The notes below the pieces were generated by a model that was given only the letters and a program-made list of their open reading frames with translations, was not told the DNA's origin and ran no database searches. Positions 44,165 to 54,451 of a DNA stretch of 64,000 nucleotides are shown piece after piece. A program made the translations under genes and the position numbers. The DNA is from Bacteroidaceae bacterium (GTDB lineage: Bacteria > Bacteroidota > Bacteroidia > Bacteroidales > Bacteroidaceae): NCBI GenBank assembly GCA_024398595.1, contig JAKSIX010000001.1, positions 9,873-73,872 on the forward strand, written 5' to 3'. The stretch's first letter is position 1, and the number at the start of each line of letters is the position of its first letter.

Positions 44165-45520
44165 TCAAACCAGACCCTGATCTACCATTGCATTGGCAAC
44201 CTTTATGAAACCTGCTATGTTGGCACCCTTCACATAGTTGATATAGCCGTCCTCCTCAGTACCATACTTCAGACAGGCGGCGTGGATGTCGGCCATTATA
44301 CGGTGCAGTTTCTCATCGACTTCCTCGGATGTCCATTTCAGACGCATTGAGTTCTGGGACATTTCAAGACCTGATGTCGCTACGCCGCCGGCATTCGACG
44401 CCTTACCCGGCGAATAGAGCAGCTTAGCCTTCTGGAAGATGGCGATAGCATCCGGAGTGGTAGGCATATTGGCTCCCTCGCAAACGCAGTAGCAGCCGTT
44501 TGCCACCAGTTTCTCAGCATCGGCAGCCTCAATCTCGTTCTGAGTGGCGCAAGGCATTGCAATATCACACTTGATACCCCAAGGACGCTGTCCCTCAAGA
44601 TACTGTGCATTAGGATACTTCTTCACATATTCCCTGATACGTCCGCGAATGACGTTCTTAAGCTGCTTTACGTATGCAATCTTCTCCTCGGTGAATCCCT
44701 CCGGATCATAGATTGAGCCGTTGCTGTCCGACAGGGAAACGACCTTTGCGCCGAGACGCATAGCTTTCTCCGCCGCGTGCTGTGCCACATTTCCCGAGCC
44801 GGAAACCAGCACTGTCTGACCCTCGAAACTCTTGCCGCGTGTGGCAAGCATGGCCTGTGCAAAATAGCAGGCGCCGTAACCGGTAGCCTCAGGACGCATA
44901 AGGCTTCCGCCCCAACCCTGACCCTTGCCGGTATAGGTACCGGTCCACTCATCACGCAGACGCTTGTACTGACCGAACATAAAGCCTACCTCACGGCCAC
45001 CGACACCTATATCACCTGCAGGAACATCCGTATTTGCGCCGATATGACGGTACAGCTCATTCATAAAGCTCTGGCAGAAACGCATTACCTCTGCATCGGA
45101 CTTGCCGCGCGGACTGAAGTCAGAACCTCCCTTGGCGCCACCCATAGGCAGTGTGGTGAGGCTGTTCTTGAATGTCTGCTCGAAAGCCAGGAACTTCATG
45201 ATACTCAGATTTACGCTTGAGTGGAAGCGGATACCGCCTTTGTACGGTCCGATAGCACTGTTCATCTGTACACGGAAGCCACGGTTCACATGAACTTCCC
45301 CCTGATCGTCCATCCACGGGACACGGAACATGATGACGCGCTCCGGCTCGACTATACGCTCCATAATTTTCTGGTCCTTGAGATAAGGATAAGCCATGAT
45401 GTAAGGAGCGACGCTCTCTACAACCTCGCGTACCGCCTGATGGAATTCTTTTTCACCCGGGTTCTTGGCTATCACGTCAGCCATGAAACTCTCAACGTAA
45501 TTCTTTGTCTGATTGTCCAT
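44165..45520 (-). CDS. gdhA: NAD(P)-specific glutamate dehydrogenase
   Basis: Motifs GPYKGGIRFH, LPMGGAKGGSDF (catalytic Lys) and the dinucleotide fold VSGSGNVAQ. Confidence 0.93.
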   Translation of the reverse strand: MDNQTKNYVESFMADVIAKNPGEKEFHQAVREVVESVAPYIMAYPYLKDQKIMERIVEPERVIMFRVPWMDDQGEVHVNRGFRVQMNSAIGPYKGGIRFHSSVNLSIMKFLAFEQTFKNSLTTLPMGGAKGGSDFSPRGKSDAEVMRFCQSFMNELYRHIGANTDVPAGDIGVGGREVGFMFGQYKRLRDEWTGTYTGKGQGWGGSLMRPEATGYGACYFAQAMLATRGKSFEGQTVLVSGSGNVAQHAAEKAMRLGAKVVSLSDSNGSIYDPEGFTEEKIAYVKQLKNVIRGRIREYVKKYPNAQYLEGQRPWGIKCDIAMPCATQNEIEAADAEKLVANGCYCVCEGANMPTTPDAIAIFQKAKLLYSPGKASNAGGVATSGLEMSQNSMRLKWTSEEVDEKLHRIMADIHAACLKYGTEEDGYINYVKGANIAGFIKVANAMVDQGLV

Positions 45521-45595
45521 AATATCCTGTTTCTAATATAACATTTTTCCGTCATTTCAACAGATTTCATATTAATCTGTCATTAAAAACCGCCG

Positions 45596-45603
45596 CAAAG
45601 TTA
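45596..45603 (-). promoter_or_regulatory. Candidate -7 box (TAnnTTTG on the minus strand) for the gdhA operon
   Basis: CAAAGTTA on the plus strand equals TAACTTTG on the minus strand, 76 nt upstream of the ATG at 45520. Confidence 0.3.
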
Positions 45604-45691
45604 CATTTTGTCATTAATATATCCAAAAAACCTGCAATTTTTTCACATTATCCATATCCGGTGCCCTGCATTACCCCCAAGCACGCCCGCA

Positions 45692-46729
45692 TCACGGTCT
45701 TAACGGATTACGGTCTGAGCTGAACCATTCAATAAACCGGCCTATCCCATCGTGCAGCGATGTTGAAGGACGATACCCTATCTCTTTCTCCAACAGCGAC
45801 GTATCTGCGTATGTCCGATACACATCACCTGGCTGCATAGGCAGGAAAACTTTCTTTGCCTCCTTGCCGAGGGCATTCTCAATCTCACTTATAAAGTCCA
45901 TCAGCCGCACAGGGCTTGAGCACCCTATGTTATATATCCTGTACGGAACGCCATTAGGGCATTCCGAAGCCACAGGCCGATGGTCTATCACCCCGATTGT
46001 GCCATTGACTATATCATCAACGAAAGTAAAATCGCGGCTCATATCGCCGTTGTTGAACACTTTGATGGGATTGCCCGCGCTGATAGCAGTGGCAAAAAGC
46101 ATCGGGGCCATGTCTGGACGACCCCACGGGCCATAGACAGTAAAGAAACGCAGTCCTGTAGCAGGGATTCCGTAAAGTTTACTGTATGCGTGAGCCATAA
46201 GCTCATTCGACTTCTTGGTGGCGGCATACAGGCTGACAGGATTATCCACCTGATCGGATTCGCGGAACGGCACCCTGTCGCACATCCCATAGACCGAACT
46301 GGACGATGCATACACCAGATAACCCACACTGTAATTGCGGCAGCACTCCAGAATATTCATAAATCCCACCAGATTGCTGTCAAGATATGCATACGGATTG
46401 GTTATGGAATAGCGCACACCCGCCTGGGCCGCGAGATTGACAACGATATCAAAATTCCCCTCCCTGAAAAGCGATGACAGCGCATCACGGTCTGCCAGAT
46501 TCATTCTGACGAAGCTGTAATTCGGATAAATGGAGCTGACATGTCTCTTCCCGTCAGAAAAGCCGGCATCTGAAGAGACTCCGCATTCCTGCAGCCGTCC
46601 GAGTTTCAGCCTTATATCGTAGTAGTCGTTTATGTTGTCAATTCCGACCACTTCGTCACCACGCTCCGCCAATCTGCACGCCAAAGCCGACCCGATAAAG
46701 CCGGCAGTTCCGGTCACCAATATTCTCAT
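45692..46729 (-). CDS. NAD-dependent epimerase/dehydratase (UDP-glucuronate 4-epimerase-like)
   Basis: Rossmann motif MRILVTGTAGFIGS. Catalytic YAATKKSNE (YxxxK). About 345 aa. Confidence 0.8.
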   Translation of the reverse strand: MRILVTGTAGFIGSALACRLAERGDEVVGIDNINDYYDIRLKLGRLQECGVSSDAGFSDGKRHVSSIYPNYSFVRMNLADRDALSSLFREGNFDIVVNLAAQAGVRYSITNPYAYLDSNLVGFMNILECCRNYSVGYLVYASSSSVYGMCDRVPFRESDQVDNPVSLYAATKKSNELMAHAYSKLYGIPATGLRFFTVYGPWGRPDMAPMLFATAISAGNPIKVFNNGDMSRDFTFVDDIVNGTIGVIDHRPVASECPNGVPYRIYNIGCSSPVRLMDFISEIENALGKEAKKVFLPMQPGDVYRTYADTSLLEKEIGYRPSTSLHDGIGRFIEWFSSDRNPLRP

Positions 46730-46744
46730 AGCAAAATCATTTTC

Positions 46745-47869
46745 TCAAAACACATCATATTCATTATTCTCCTGCCGCGTTACAGCCATACATTCCATTT
46801 CAACCAGCCATCCCGGACGGCATACCGGAGCATATACAATCTGCATGGGCATATCCGGAAACCTTCCGCCAAGCATATCCGCAACGGATTTGTAATCAGC
46901 AATATCCCTTAAATACACGACCGCATACAGGACATCCCGGAACGAGCTTCCTCCCTCTTCCAGCAGGACTCCGACATTTTCCAGCATACGCTCCGTCTGT
47001 CTGAGCACATTTCCCGGATACACCACATTGCCCCGATTGTCAATGCTGGCAGTCCCGGATATTATCACGTGACGGCGGTCTCCGTAGCCGACCACAGTCC
47101 CGCGTTCAAAGCTGACCCCGTATTCACACGTCCTGTTCAAATGCGAAGGTGCGTACAGATATGTCATCTGCCCGGGTTTGAGCCCGGCTATGGAATAGGC
47201 ATCCATCATCACGTATGATGATTTTGACTCCGTCCGGCCTCCGATGCCTGTGCTGGCGATGAAATGGGTATCGCGTGTAAGTCCCTGGGAGCAGAACACC
47301 TCATTCCGCGCAGCCACCACACCGGCATAGTTGGCATCTATGTTCTGAACGAAGAACCACGTCCTCACGCAATTGCCTGCAAGTGAGCAGGACATTTCCC
47401 CTATCTGCTCGCTGTAGCTGACAAGCAGTTCTTTGGTCTGCTGTTTCGAGTCGTGCCCGGCAACCGTCATTCCTCCCGACCACAGATGGCTGTACCCGCC
47501 ACGCGAAACTGCGAAAAAACCGTTTCCGATATTTCTCACCTCTGCATTTTCCTGAAGATACGCCAGAAGCGCAACTTTGGAGCCATTCAGAGGCGGCTGT
47601 TCCACTATTGATACCGCACAGTTGCGATACCCTGCCAATCCTCGGAGACATTCAGCCTGATTGGCGGCATCACTGATGAAATAGCGTTCAAACACAGGAA
47701 CTATGCCCTTCATCTCCGCTATCGCAGCTGTATACGCACTCATCAGAGCCCGGAACTGTTCCTCAAAACCTGCAATGGTACTGTCCGGACAGACGGTCAG
47801 GCAGCATTCACCGGAGCCGCCCCCCGGCTTGAACCCACGAACGCATACTCCATCCTGTCCTTTTCCCAT
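46745..47869 (-). CDS. RidA/YjgF-fold protein, probably an FkbO/Hyg5/XanB2-type chorismatase
   Basis: Motifs recalled from the family: RTWFFVQNI, IISGTASIDNRGNVVYPGNVLRQTERMLENV, VVYLRDIADY and VCRPGWLVEMECMAV. Confidence 0.5.
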   Translation of the reverse strand: MGKGQDGVCVRGFKPGGGSGECCLTVCPDSTIAGFEEQFRALMSAYTAAIAEMKGIVPVFERYFISDAANQAECLRGLAGYRNCAVSIVEQPPLNGSKVALLAYLQENAEVRNIGNGFFAVSRGGYSHLWSGGMTVAGHDSKQQTKELLVSYSEQIGEMSCSLAGNCVRTWFFVQNIDANYAGVVAARNEVFCSQGLTRDTHFIASTGIGGRTESKSSYVMMDAYSIAGLKPGQMTYLYAPSHLNRTCEYGVSFERGTVVGYGDRRHVIISGTASIDNRGNVVYPGNVLRQTERMLENVGVLLEEGGSSFRDVLYAVVYLRDIADYKSVADMLGGRFPDMPMQIVYAPVCRPGWLVEMECMAVTRQENNEYDVF

Positions 47870-47891
47870 ATCTCTGCGTACTTGAAACGCG

Positions 47892-47899
47892 CAAAATTA
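47892..47899 (-). promoter_or_regulatory. Candidate -7 box (TAnnTTTG on the minus strand) for the chorismatase-like gene
   Basis: CAAAATTA on the plus strand equals TAATTTTG on the minus strand, 23 nt upstream of the ATG at 47869. Confidence 0.4.
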
Positions 47900-47952
47900 G
47901 CAATTTTAAGATTATTTTCAGCAGAATCCATTCCCTTTTGGAGTCAATTGAC

Positions 47953-47960
47953 TATATTTG
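47953..47960 (+). promoter_or_regulatory. Candidate -7 box (TAnnTTTG) for recJ
   Basis: TATATTTG lies 97 nt upstream of the ATG at 48057, which is a long spacing and lowers confidence. Confidence 0.25.
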
Positions 47961-48056
47961 CTTGTTTTCAGGCCGGATGCACCGGGAATCATTTTTTACA
48001 ACGGCCTATATCCAACATTGGCAACTATATGGAAAAAGAAAAAAACAACATAAATA

Positions 48057-49790
48057 ATGGACTTCAAATGGAACTACGAGGCCCCGACACAGGAATTGAT
48101 GGAGGAAGCGCGTGAACTGTCACGCGCTGTAGGAATCAGTCCCATACTCTGCAAGCTTCTCATAGAAAGGGGCATAAAGAGTAAGGAGGAGGCCGAAAAA
48201 TTCTTCAACCCGCAGCTGAGCGAGCTGCACGACCCTTCGCTTATGCCCGATATGGACATAGCTGTCGACAGGTTGAACAAGGCTATCGAGAGGAACGAAA
48301 GGATACTTATCTACGGAGATTACGATGTTGACGGCACCACTGCGGTGGCACTGGTCTATAATTTTCTGAAACGCTATCACAAGAATCTCGACTACTATAT
48401 CCCCGACCGCAACAACGAGGGATATGGCGTATCACGTACCGGCGTAGACTATGCCTACGAGACAGGAGTGACTCTTGTCATTGTACTGGACTGTGGCATA
48501 AAGGCTATCGGGGAAATCGGCTATGCCCGACAGAGAGGCATAGATTTCATAGTGTGCGACCACCACGTGCCCGATGACGAGCTGCCTCCCGCCATTGCCA
48601 TTATCAATGCCAAAAGGGTTGACTCTACATATCCTTTTGAGCATCTGTCAGGTTGCGGAGTCGGGTTCAAGTTCATGCAGGCGTTTGCCATGAGCAACGG
48701 CATACAGTTTCAGGAACTTACGCCATTTCTGGACCTTGTGGCCGTAAGCACGGCATCCGACATAGTCCCTATAATGGGCGAGAACAGGGTATTGGCCTGC
48801 TACGGATTACAGCAGCTCAATACACGCCCCTGTACCGGGCTGAAGGCTATGATACACGTCTGCAAACTGGACGGCAAGGAGTTGAACATCAACGACATCA
48901 TTTTCAAGATAGGTCCGCGCCTCAACGCATCCGGACGTCTGTACAGCGGCAAGGAAGCAGTAGATCTGATGGTGGAGACCGACTACGGCAGGGCACTTGA
49001 GCTTGCCATGAACATCAATGCCCACAATGAGGAGCGGAAGGAGCAGGACAAGCGTATGACGGCCGAGGCAAACCAGATTGTAGATACGCTGGAGGGATTG
49101 TCAGAACGCCGTTCAATAGTATTGTACAATGAAGTCTGGAACCGTGGCGTAATAGGGATAGTCGCATCACGGCTTACCGAGATTTACTACAGGCCTGCCG
49201 TAGTATTGACCAGGACAGGCGATGTGGCGACAGGTTCCGCACGCTCCGTAGCAGGTTTTGACGTATATAAGGCCATTGAAAGCTGCAAGGATCTTCTGGA
49301 GAATTTCGGAGGTCACACATACGCGGCCGGTCTGTCCATGAAGGTGGAGAATGTTGGGGAATTCTCCCGCAGATTTGAGGAATTCGTATCAGACCACATC
49401 GAGCCCGAACAGATAACGGCATCCATCGACATTGATGCCGAGTTGGGATTCAAAGACATTACGCCTGAATTTTTCAGAGACCTGACACATTTCCAGCCGT
49501 TCGGCCCTGATAACCACAAGCCGGTTTTCTGCACCGGAAATGTGTATGATTACGGAGGCAGCAAGGTGGTAGGACGCGGGCACGAACATATACAGCTTGA
49601 CCTCATAGACTGTACCAACAATACCCGCAAAGGCATCGCCTTCGGACAGAATGAGTACATATCGCTCATCAAGACAAAAAGTTCGTTCGACATCTGCTAT
49701 ACACTCGAAGAGGACAACTTCCATCCCGGGCACCCCATTCTCCAGATTGAGAACATCAGGCCCGGAGGCAACGGCAGGACAGGGAAATAG
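48057..49790 (+). CDS. recJ: Single-stranded-DNA-specific exonuclease RecJ
   Basis: DHH-family motifs: ILIYGDYDVDGTTA, VLDCG, FIVCDHH and GGHTYAAG. Confidence 0.92.
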   Translation: MDFKWNYEAPTQELMEEARELSRAVGISPILCKLLIERGIKSKEEAEKFFNPQLSELHDPSLMPDMDIAVDRLNKAIERNERILIYGDYDVDGTTAVALVYNFLKRYHKNLDYYIPDRNNEGYGVSRTGVDYAYETGVTLVIVLDCGIKAIGEIGYARQRGIDFIVCDHHVPDDELPPAIAIINAKRVDSTYPFEHLSGCGVGFKFMQAFAMSNGIQFQELTPFLDLVAVSTASDIVPIMGENRVLACYGLQQLNTRPCTGLKAMIHVCKLDGKELNINDIIFKIGPRLNASGRLYSGKEAVDLMVETDYGRALELAMNINAHNEERKEQDKRMTAEANQIVDTLEGLSERRSIVLYNEVWNRGVIGIVASRLTEIYYRPAVVLTRTGDVATGSARSVAGFDVYKAIESCKDLLENFGGHTYAAGLSMKVENVGEFSRRFEEFVSDHIEPEQITASIDIDAELGFKDITPEFFRDLTHFQPFGPDNHKPVFCTGNVYDYGGSKVVGRGHEHIQLDLIDCTNNTRKGIAFGQNEYISLIKTKSSFDICYTLEEDNFHPGHPILQIENIRPGGNGRTGK

Positions 49791-49814
49791 ACATACAGGA
49801 TTTTCCACACAACT

Positions 49815-51713
49815 ATGACGTATTCAGAGATACTCCATAAATACTGGGGATACAACGGATTCCGTGGTATTCAGGCTGAAATAATAGAGAGTATCGGAAG
49901 CGGACATGACACGCTCGGTCTGATGCCTACAGGCGGTGGCAAGAGCATAACATTCCAGGTACCCGCCATGGCAATGGATGGTGTTTGTCTGGTCATCACA
50001 CCACTGATAGCCCTGATGAAAGACCAGATCAGCAACCTGCGCCGGCACGGGATACGGGCGGCAGCCATATTCAGTGGAATATCACGCAATGACATCGTGG
50101 AGATTCTGGAGGACTGCATATTCGGAGGATGCAAGTTCCTGTACGTATCGCCGGAACGTCTGTCTTCGGAATTGTTCCAGACAAAACTGAAGCATCTGAA
50201 AGTCTCAATGATAACCGTCGATGAGGCTCACTGCATATCACAGTGGGGGTACGATTTCCGGCCGGCATATCTCAACATCTCAGCCATAAGGGAAATACTG
50301 CCAGGCGTACCCGTGCTTGCACTTACAGCTACGGCCACCCCGAAAGTCGCGGATGACATTCAAGACAAGCTGGGATTCTCCAGAAAGAATGTCATCCGCA
50401 TGAGCTTCAACAGGGACAATCTGCGGTATGTGGTTCGGGACACGGAAAACAAGGAAAAGGAACTCACCCATATCCTGTCAAGGCTTGAAGGTTCAAGCAT
50501 AGTTTATGTCAGGAACCGAAGGGAAACCAAAGAGATTGCCGGCAGGCTGAATGCTATAGGAATATCCGCCGAATTCTATCACGCCGGACTTGAACAGAAA
50601 ACAAAGGATGACAGGCAGACGAAGTGGAGTACCGGAGTCTCAAGGGTGATGGTGGCCACCAATGCTTTCGGTATGGGCATTGACAAGCCCGATGTCCGCT
50701 CAGTCATACATATAGATATTCCGGACTCCCCCGAAGCCTATTTCCAGGAGGCCGGCAGGGCCGGCAGAGACGGCCGGACGGCATACGCGGTGCTGCTGTA
50801 TTCTCCGGGAGACAAGCGTATCCTGAGCAAGAGGGTCAGTGACGCATATCCGGAAAAGGATTTTATACGCAAGGTCTATGACAAGCTGAGTTATTTGCAC
50901 TGTATGGCTGTAGGAGACGGCAGAAACTGTACATTCAGTTTCTCGCTTGCCGATTTCTGCAGTCATTACTCATTGCCTGTATTACAGACAGACAATGCTC
51001 TGCGAATACTTACCCGAATGGGTTACATAGAATATGTGGATGAGGCAGACTACGCCGCATCGCTTCTGCTGACCACCACGAGAGAAGCGCTTTATGAGCT
51101 CAGGCATAACGACAGTACCACAGACAGGATACTCAGCACGATACTGCGCACATACAGCGGAATCTTCACGGAGAAGGCTTTTCTGGACGAGAAGCTGATA
51201 TGCGACAAAGCGGATGTCAGTCAGGATACGCTGTACAATACCCTCACCTGGCTGAGTAAAAACGGGATGGCCAGCTACATACCGGCCAGACGCACGCCCC
51301 TTATAACATGGAAGCGGGAGAGAGTAGAATCTTCCAGACTTAATTTCGACCCGGAATCGTACGATTTCCGCAAGGAAGAATACAAGGAGAGAATCAAAGC
51401 CATGACAGACTATGCCACCTGCAAGTGTGGATGCCGTAATGAAATGCTTCTCAAATACTTTGGAGAAAATCCACAAGGGCCGTGCAAGCAATGCGACCTG
51501 TGTCTTTCTACAGGCAGGAATATTCCTGACAAGGAAGAATCAGACAGAATCAGACAGGATATCATAAAAGCACTGGCCAATGCTCCGGAAATGCAGGATT
51601 GCATATATACACTGCCTTATAAGAGAGAAGATTTGGAAGCCGTGCTGCACCGTATGTTCGATGAGGAAGAACTTGAAATGCAGGGAGATTCGATTGTCGT
51701 AAAAACCAGATAA
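49815..51713 (+). CDS. recQ: ATP-dependent DNA helicase RecQ
   Basis: Motifs PTGGGKS, VDEAHCISQWGYDFRP (DEAH box), LTATAT, AFGMGIDKPDVR and QEAGRAGRDG. Zinc-binding CKCGCRNEMLL...CKQCDLC. Confidence 0.92.
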   Translation: MTYSEILHKYWGYNGFRGIQAEIIESIGSGHDTLGLMPTGGGKSITFQVPAMAMDGVCLVITPLIALMKDQISNLRRHGIRAAAIFSGISRNDIVEILEDCIFGGCKFLYVSPERLSSELFQTKLKHLKVSMITVDEAHCISQWGYDFRPAYLNISAIREILPGVPVLALTATATPKVADDIQDKLGFSRKNVIRMSFNRDNLRYVVRDTENKEKELTHILSRLEGSSIVYVRNRRETKEIAGRLNAIGISAEFYHAGLEQKTKDDRQTKWSTGVSRVMVATNAFGMGIDKPDVRSVIHIDIPDSPEAYFQEAGRAGRDGRTAYAVLLYSPGDKRILSKRVSDAYPEKDFIRKVYDKLSYLHCMAVGDGRNCTFSFSLADFCSHYSLPVLQTDNALRILTRMGYIEYVDEADYAASLLLTTTREALYELRHNDSTTDRILSTILRTYSGIFTEKAFLDEKLICDKADVSQDTLYNTLTWLSKNGMASYIPARRTPLITWKRERVESSRLNFDPESYDFRKEEYKERIKAMTDYATCKCGCRNEMLLKYFGENPQGPCKQCDLCLSTGRNIPDKEESDRIRQDIIKALANAPEMQDCIYTLPYKREDLEAVLHRMFDEEELEMQGDSIVVKTR

Positions 51714-51718
51714 GCCGT

Positions 51719-52762
51719 ATGAATCCGTCAAAGACAATAATTGCAGGGCCCTGCAGTGCAGAGACAGAGCGACAGGTTATGAATACCGCAAGAAGTCTTG
51801 CCACTGCCGGAATAAGTATTTTCAGGGCCGGTATATGGAAGCCGCGCACAAAGCCCGGCCAATTCGAGGGCATAGGCACACCGGGGTTGGAATGGTTGCG
51901 CGATGTCAGAGAAGAGACAGGTATGAGAGTCACGACCGAAGTCGCCAATTCCAGACACGTGGAAGCGGCTCTCAAGGCTGAAATTGATATTCTGTGGATT
52001 GGAGCCAGAACAACTGCAAACCCGTTCGCCGTACAGGAAATAGCCGACAGTTTGAGAGGTTGCGGCATACCTGTTATGGTCAAGAATCCGATAAATCCTG
52101 ACATCGAGTTATGGACAGGTGCCATAGAACGACTGCAGAATGCCGGCATACGGATTTTTGCAGCAATACATCGCGGTTTCTCAACATACGGAGAACAGAC
52201 ATACCGCTATGCTCCACAATGGCAGATTCCGATAGAGTTACGCAGACGTATGCCATCATTGCCTATATTATGCGATCCGAGCCATATGGGAGGCAAGCGC
52301 GAGCACGTGCTACCACTTGCCCAGGCCTCATACCAGATGAACGCGGACGGCCTGTTCGTCGAAGTGCACTGCAATCCGGACGAAGCGCTCAGCGACTCCC
52401 GGCAGCAGCTTACGCCGGATATGTTCATCCAACTATTGGAGCAGCTGAGGCAACATAAAGTTCCCGACTCCGCAGAGACCGGCAATCTGGCCGGTTTCCG
52501 CAACCGCATTGATGGCTGTGACCGCCAGATAGTGGAAATCCTTGCCAAGCGTATGGATATAGTAAAGGAAATCAGTGCCTATAAAAACGAGCACGACCTG
52601 ACAGTGTTGCAGTCCGAACGTTACAACGATATAATCAACAATCTCATACAGGAGGGGAGAAAGTTCGGACTGTCTGAAAATTTTGTCAAAAACCTGTTCG
52701 GGATGATACACACGGAAAGTGTGAATCTGCAATTATCTGCAATTCAGAACCATAAACTGTAG
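51719..52762 (+). CDS. Bifunctional 3-deoxy-7-phosphoheptulonate (DAHP) synthase / chorismate mutase type II
   Basis: N-terminal type I-beta DAHP/KDO8P synthase-like barrel (IIAGPCSAE, LCDPSHMGG). C-terminal AroQ chorismate mutase helix pattern (LAGFRNRIDGCDRQIVEILAKRMDIVKEISAYK). Confidence 0.85.
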   Translation: MNPSKTIIAGPCSAETERQVMNTARSLATAGISIFRAGIWKPRTKPGQFEGIGTPGLEWLRDVREETGMRVTTEVANSRHVEAALKAEIDILWIGARTTANPFAVQEIADSLRGCGIPVMVKNPINPDIELWTGAIERLQNAGIRIFAAIHRGFSTYGEQTYRYAPQWQIPIELRRRMPSLPILCDPSHMGGKREHVLPLAQASYQMNADGLFVEVHCNPDEALSDSRQQLTPDMFIQLLEQLRQHKVPDSAETGNLAGFRNRIDGCDRQIVEILAKRMDIVKEISAYKNEHDLTVLQSERYNDIINNLIQEGRKFGLSENFVKNLFGMIHTESVNLQLSAIQNHKL

Positions 52763-52810
52763 TAATTTCAAGTAATAATTTGTCTAACATATAGAAACTG
52801 TTTGGAAGTT

Positions 52811-53467
52811 ATGAGAAAAAGTACTTTTATGTTCATTATCGCTACTATAGCACTCACCCTTATCTCTTGTCAGAAAGAACCGGTCAGAGTAGCCTGTGTA
52901 GGAGACAGCATTACCTACGGGCACGGCATTGCCGACCGCGGGCATGACACATACCCGGCCATACTGGACTCTCTTTTAGGAGACGGGTACGATGTCCGCA
53001 ATTTCGGGATATCAGGACGTAACCTGATAAACCGGGGCGACTACCCGTATATGAAAGAACAGATTTTCCGGGATGCACTGGATTTTATGCCGGACATAGT
53101 GACAATTGCACTGGGGACCAATGACAGCAAACCTCAGAACTGGATATTCAGTCAGGATTTCAAGGACGATATGAAACTTATGATTGACAGTTTCAAGGCA
53201 CTTGAGCCAGCCCCCGAGATATGGCTATGTCTGCCGACACCGGCAATGGGACACGCCTGGAATATTAACGACAGCATAATCAGCAATGGAGTGATTCCAT
53301 ATATAAAAGAGGTGGCTGAAGAACTGGGGTTGGATATAATTGACTTGAACACTCCACTCCAGGCAAGACGCGACTATTTCCCGGACACGATACACCCGAA
53401 CGAGGCCGGTCAGGAGGAAATTGCCGGAATAATCTTCAACGCTATCAGGAATTCCAGAAAAAAATAA
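52811..53467 (+). CDS. SGNH/GDSL hydrolase family lipoprotein (acetylesterase-like)
   Basis: The ORF-track start at 52802 is a TTG; the ATG at 52811 gives MRKSTFMFIIATIALTLISC. Block I VACVGDSITYG, block III ALGTNDS and block V DTIHPN. Confidence 0.75.
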   Translation: MRKSTFMFIIATIALTLISCQKEPVRVACVGDSITYGHGIADRGHDTYPAILDSLLGDGYDVRNFGISGRNLINRGDYPYMKEQIFRDALDFMPDIVTIALGTNDSKPQNWIFSQDFKDDMKLMIDSFKALEPAPEIWLCLPTPAMGHAWNINDSIISNGVIPYIKEVAEELGLDIIDLNTPLQARRDYFPDTIHPNEAGQEEIAGIIFNAIRNSRKK

Positions 53468-53479
53468 ATTTCCACAAAA

Positions 53480-54406
53480 ATGGATACGATTCTTAAAATT
53501 GAAAATGTCTCAAAGACCTATACCGGCCACAAGGCACTGGATAATGTCTCTATGGAGATTGGGCGGGGCACCATCTACGGGTTGCTCGGTCCGAACGGTG
53601 CGGGCAAATCCACACTGATACGCATCATCAACAGAATCACATTGCCGGACTGCGGCAAGGTGATGCTGAACGGACATGAGATTACAACTGAGGACATTAT
53701 GAAAATCGGTTACCTGCCGGAAGAGCGTGGACTGTACAAGAAGATGCGTGTGGGTGAACAGGCGGTATTCTTCGCACGTCTGAAAGGACTGGACAGGACG
53801 ACTGCACGTAAAAGACTGATGGATTGGTTTGAGCGTCTGTCCATCACAGACTGGTGGGACAAGAAAATAGAAGACCTCTCCAAGGGCATGGCTCAGAAAG
53901 TACAGTTTATATGCACAGTAATCCATCAGCCCGAACTGCTTATCTTCGATGAGCCGTTCTCCGGATTTGACCCTATCAACGCAGATTTGCTTAAGCGTGA
54001 GATACTCAGGCTTCGCGATAACGGCGCAACCGTTATTTTCTCAACCCACAATATGGAATCCGTTGAGGAAATCTGTGACAGTATGACCTTAATCAACAAA
54101 TCAAGGAACATTCTGTCCGGCTCAGTAGAAGAGATAAGGCGCAAGGCAGGTGCCAACATCTTCCAGATTGTTTTCAGTGACATGACCCGCCCGCTTGCCG
54201 AAATCACAGGCAATAAGGCCGAATGCATAGGAGAATCCGAGAGCATTATCGGAGGGTTCACCCAGCAGAAAATCCACATCGCCTCCGATGATGATGTTCA
54301 CGATGTCATAGCAGCTGTCAATGACAATTGCCGCCTCCGTTCATTCCAGGAGATCGTTCCTACAATGAACGACATATTCATCCGTGCCGTCAATGATCAA
54401 TTGTAA
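53480..54406 (+). CDS. ABC transporter ATP-binding protein (ABC-2/NatA-like)
   Basis: Walker A GPNGAGKST, signature LSKGMAQKV and Walker B LLIFDEPFSGFD. Confidence 0.85.
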   Translation: MDTILKIENVSKTYTGHKALDNVSMEIGRGTIYGLLGPNGAGKSTLIRIINRITLPDCGKVMLNGHEITTEDIMKIGYLPEERGLYKKMRVGEQAVFFARLKGLDRTTARKRLMDWFERLSITDWWDKKIEDLSKGMAQKVQFICTVIHQPELLIFDEPFSGFDPINADLLKREILRLRDNGATVIFSTHNMESVEEICDSMTLINKSRNILSGSVEEIRRKAGANIFQIVFSDMTRPLAEITGNKAECIGESESIIGGFTQQKIHIASDDDVHDVIAAVNDNCRLRSFQEIVPTMNDIFIRAVNDQL

Positions 54407-54451
54407 ACAACTCAAGTTCCGCATGAGAAACTTGAATAAATACATACTATT

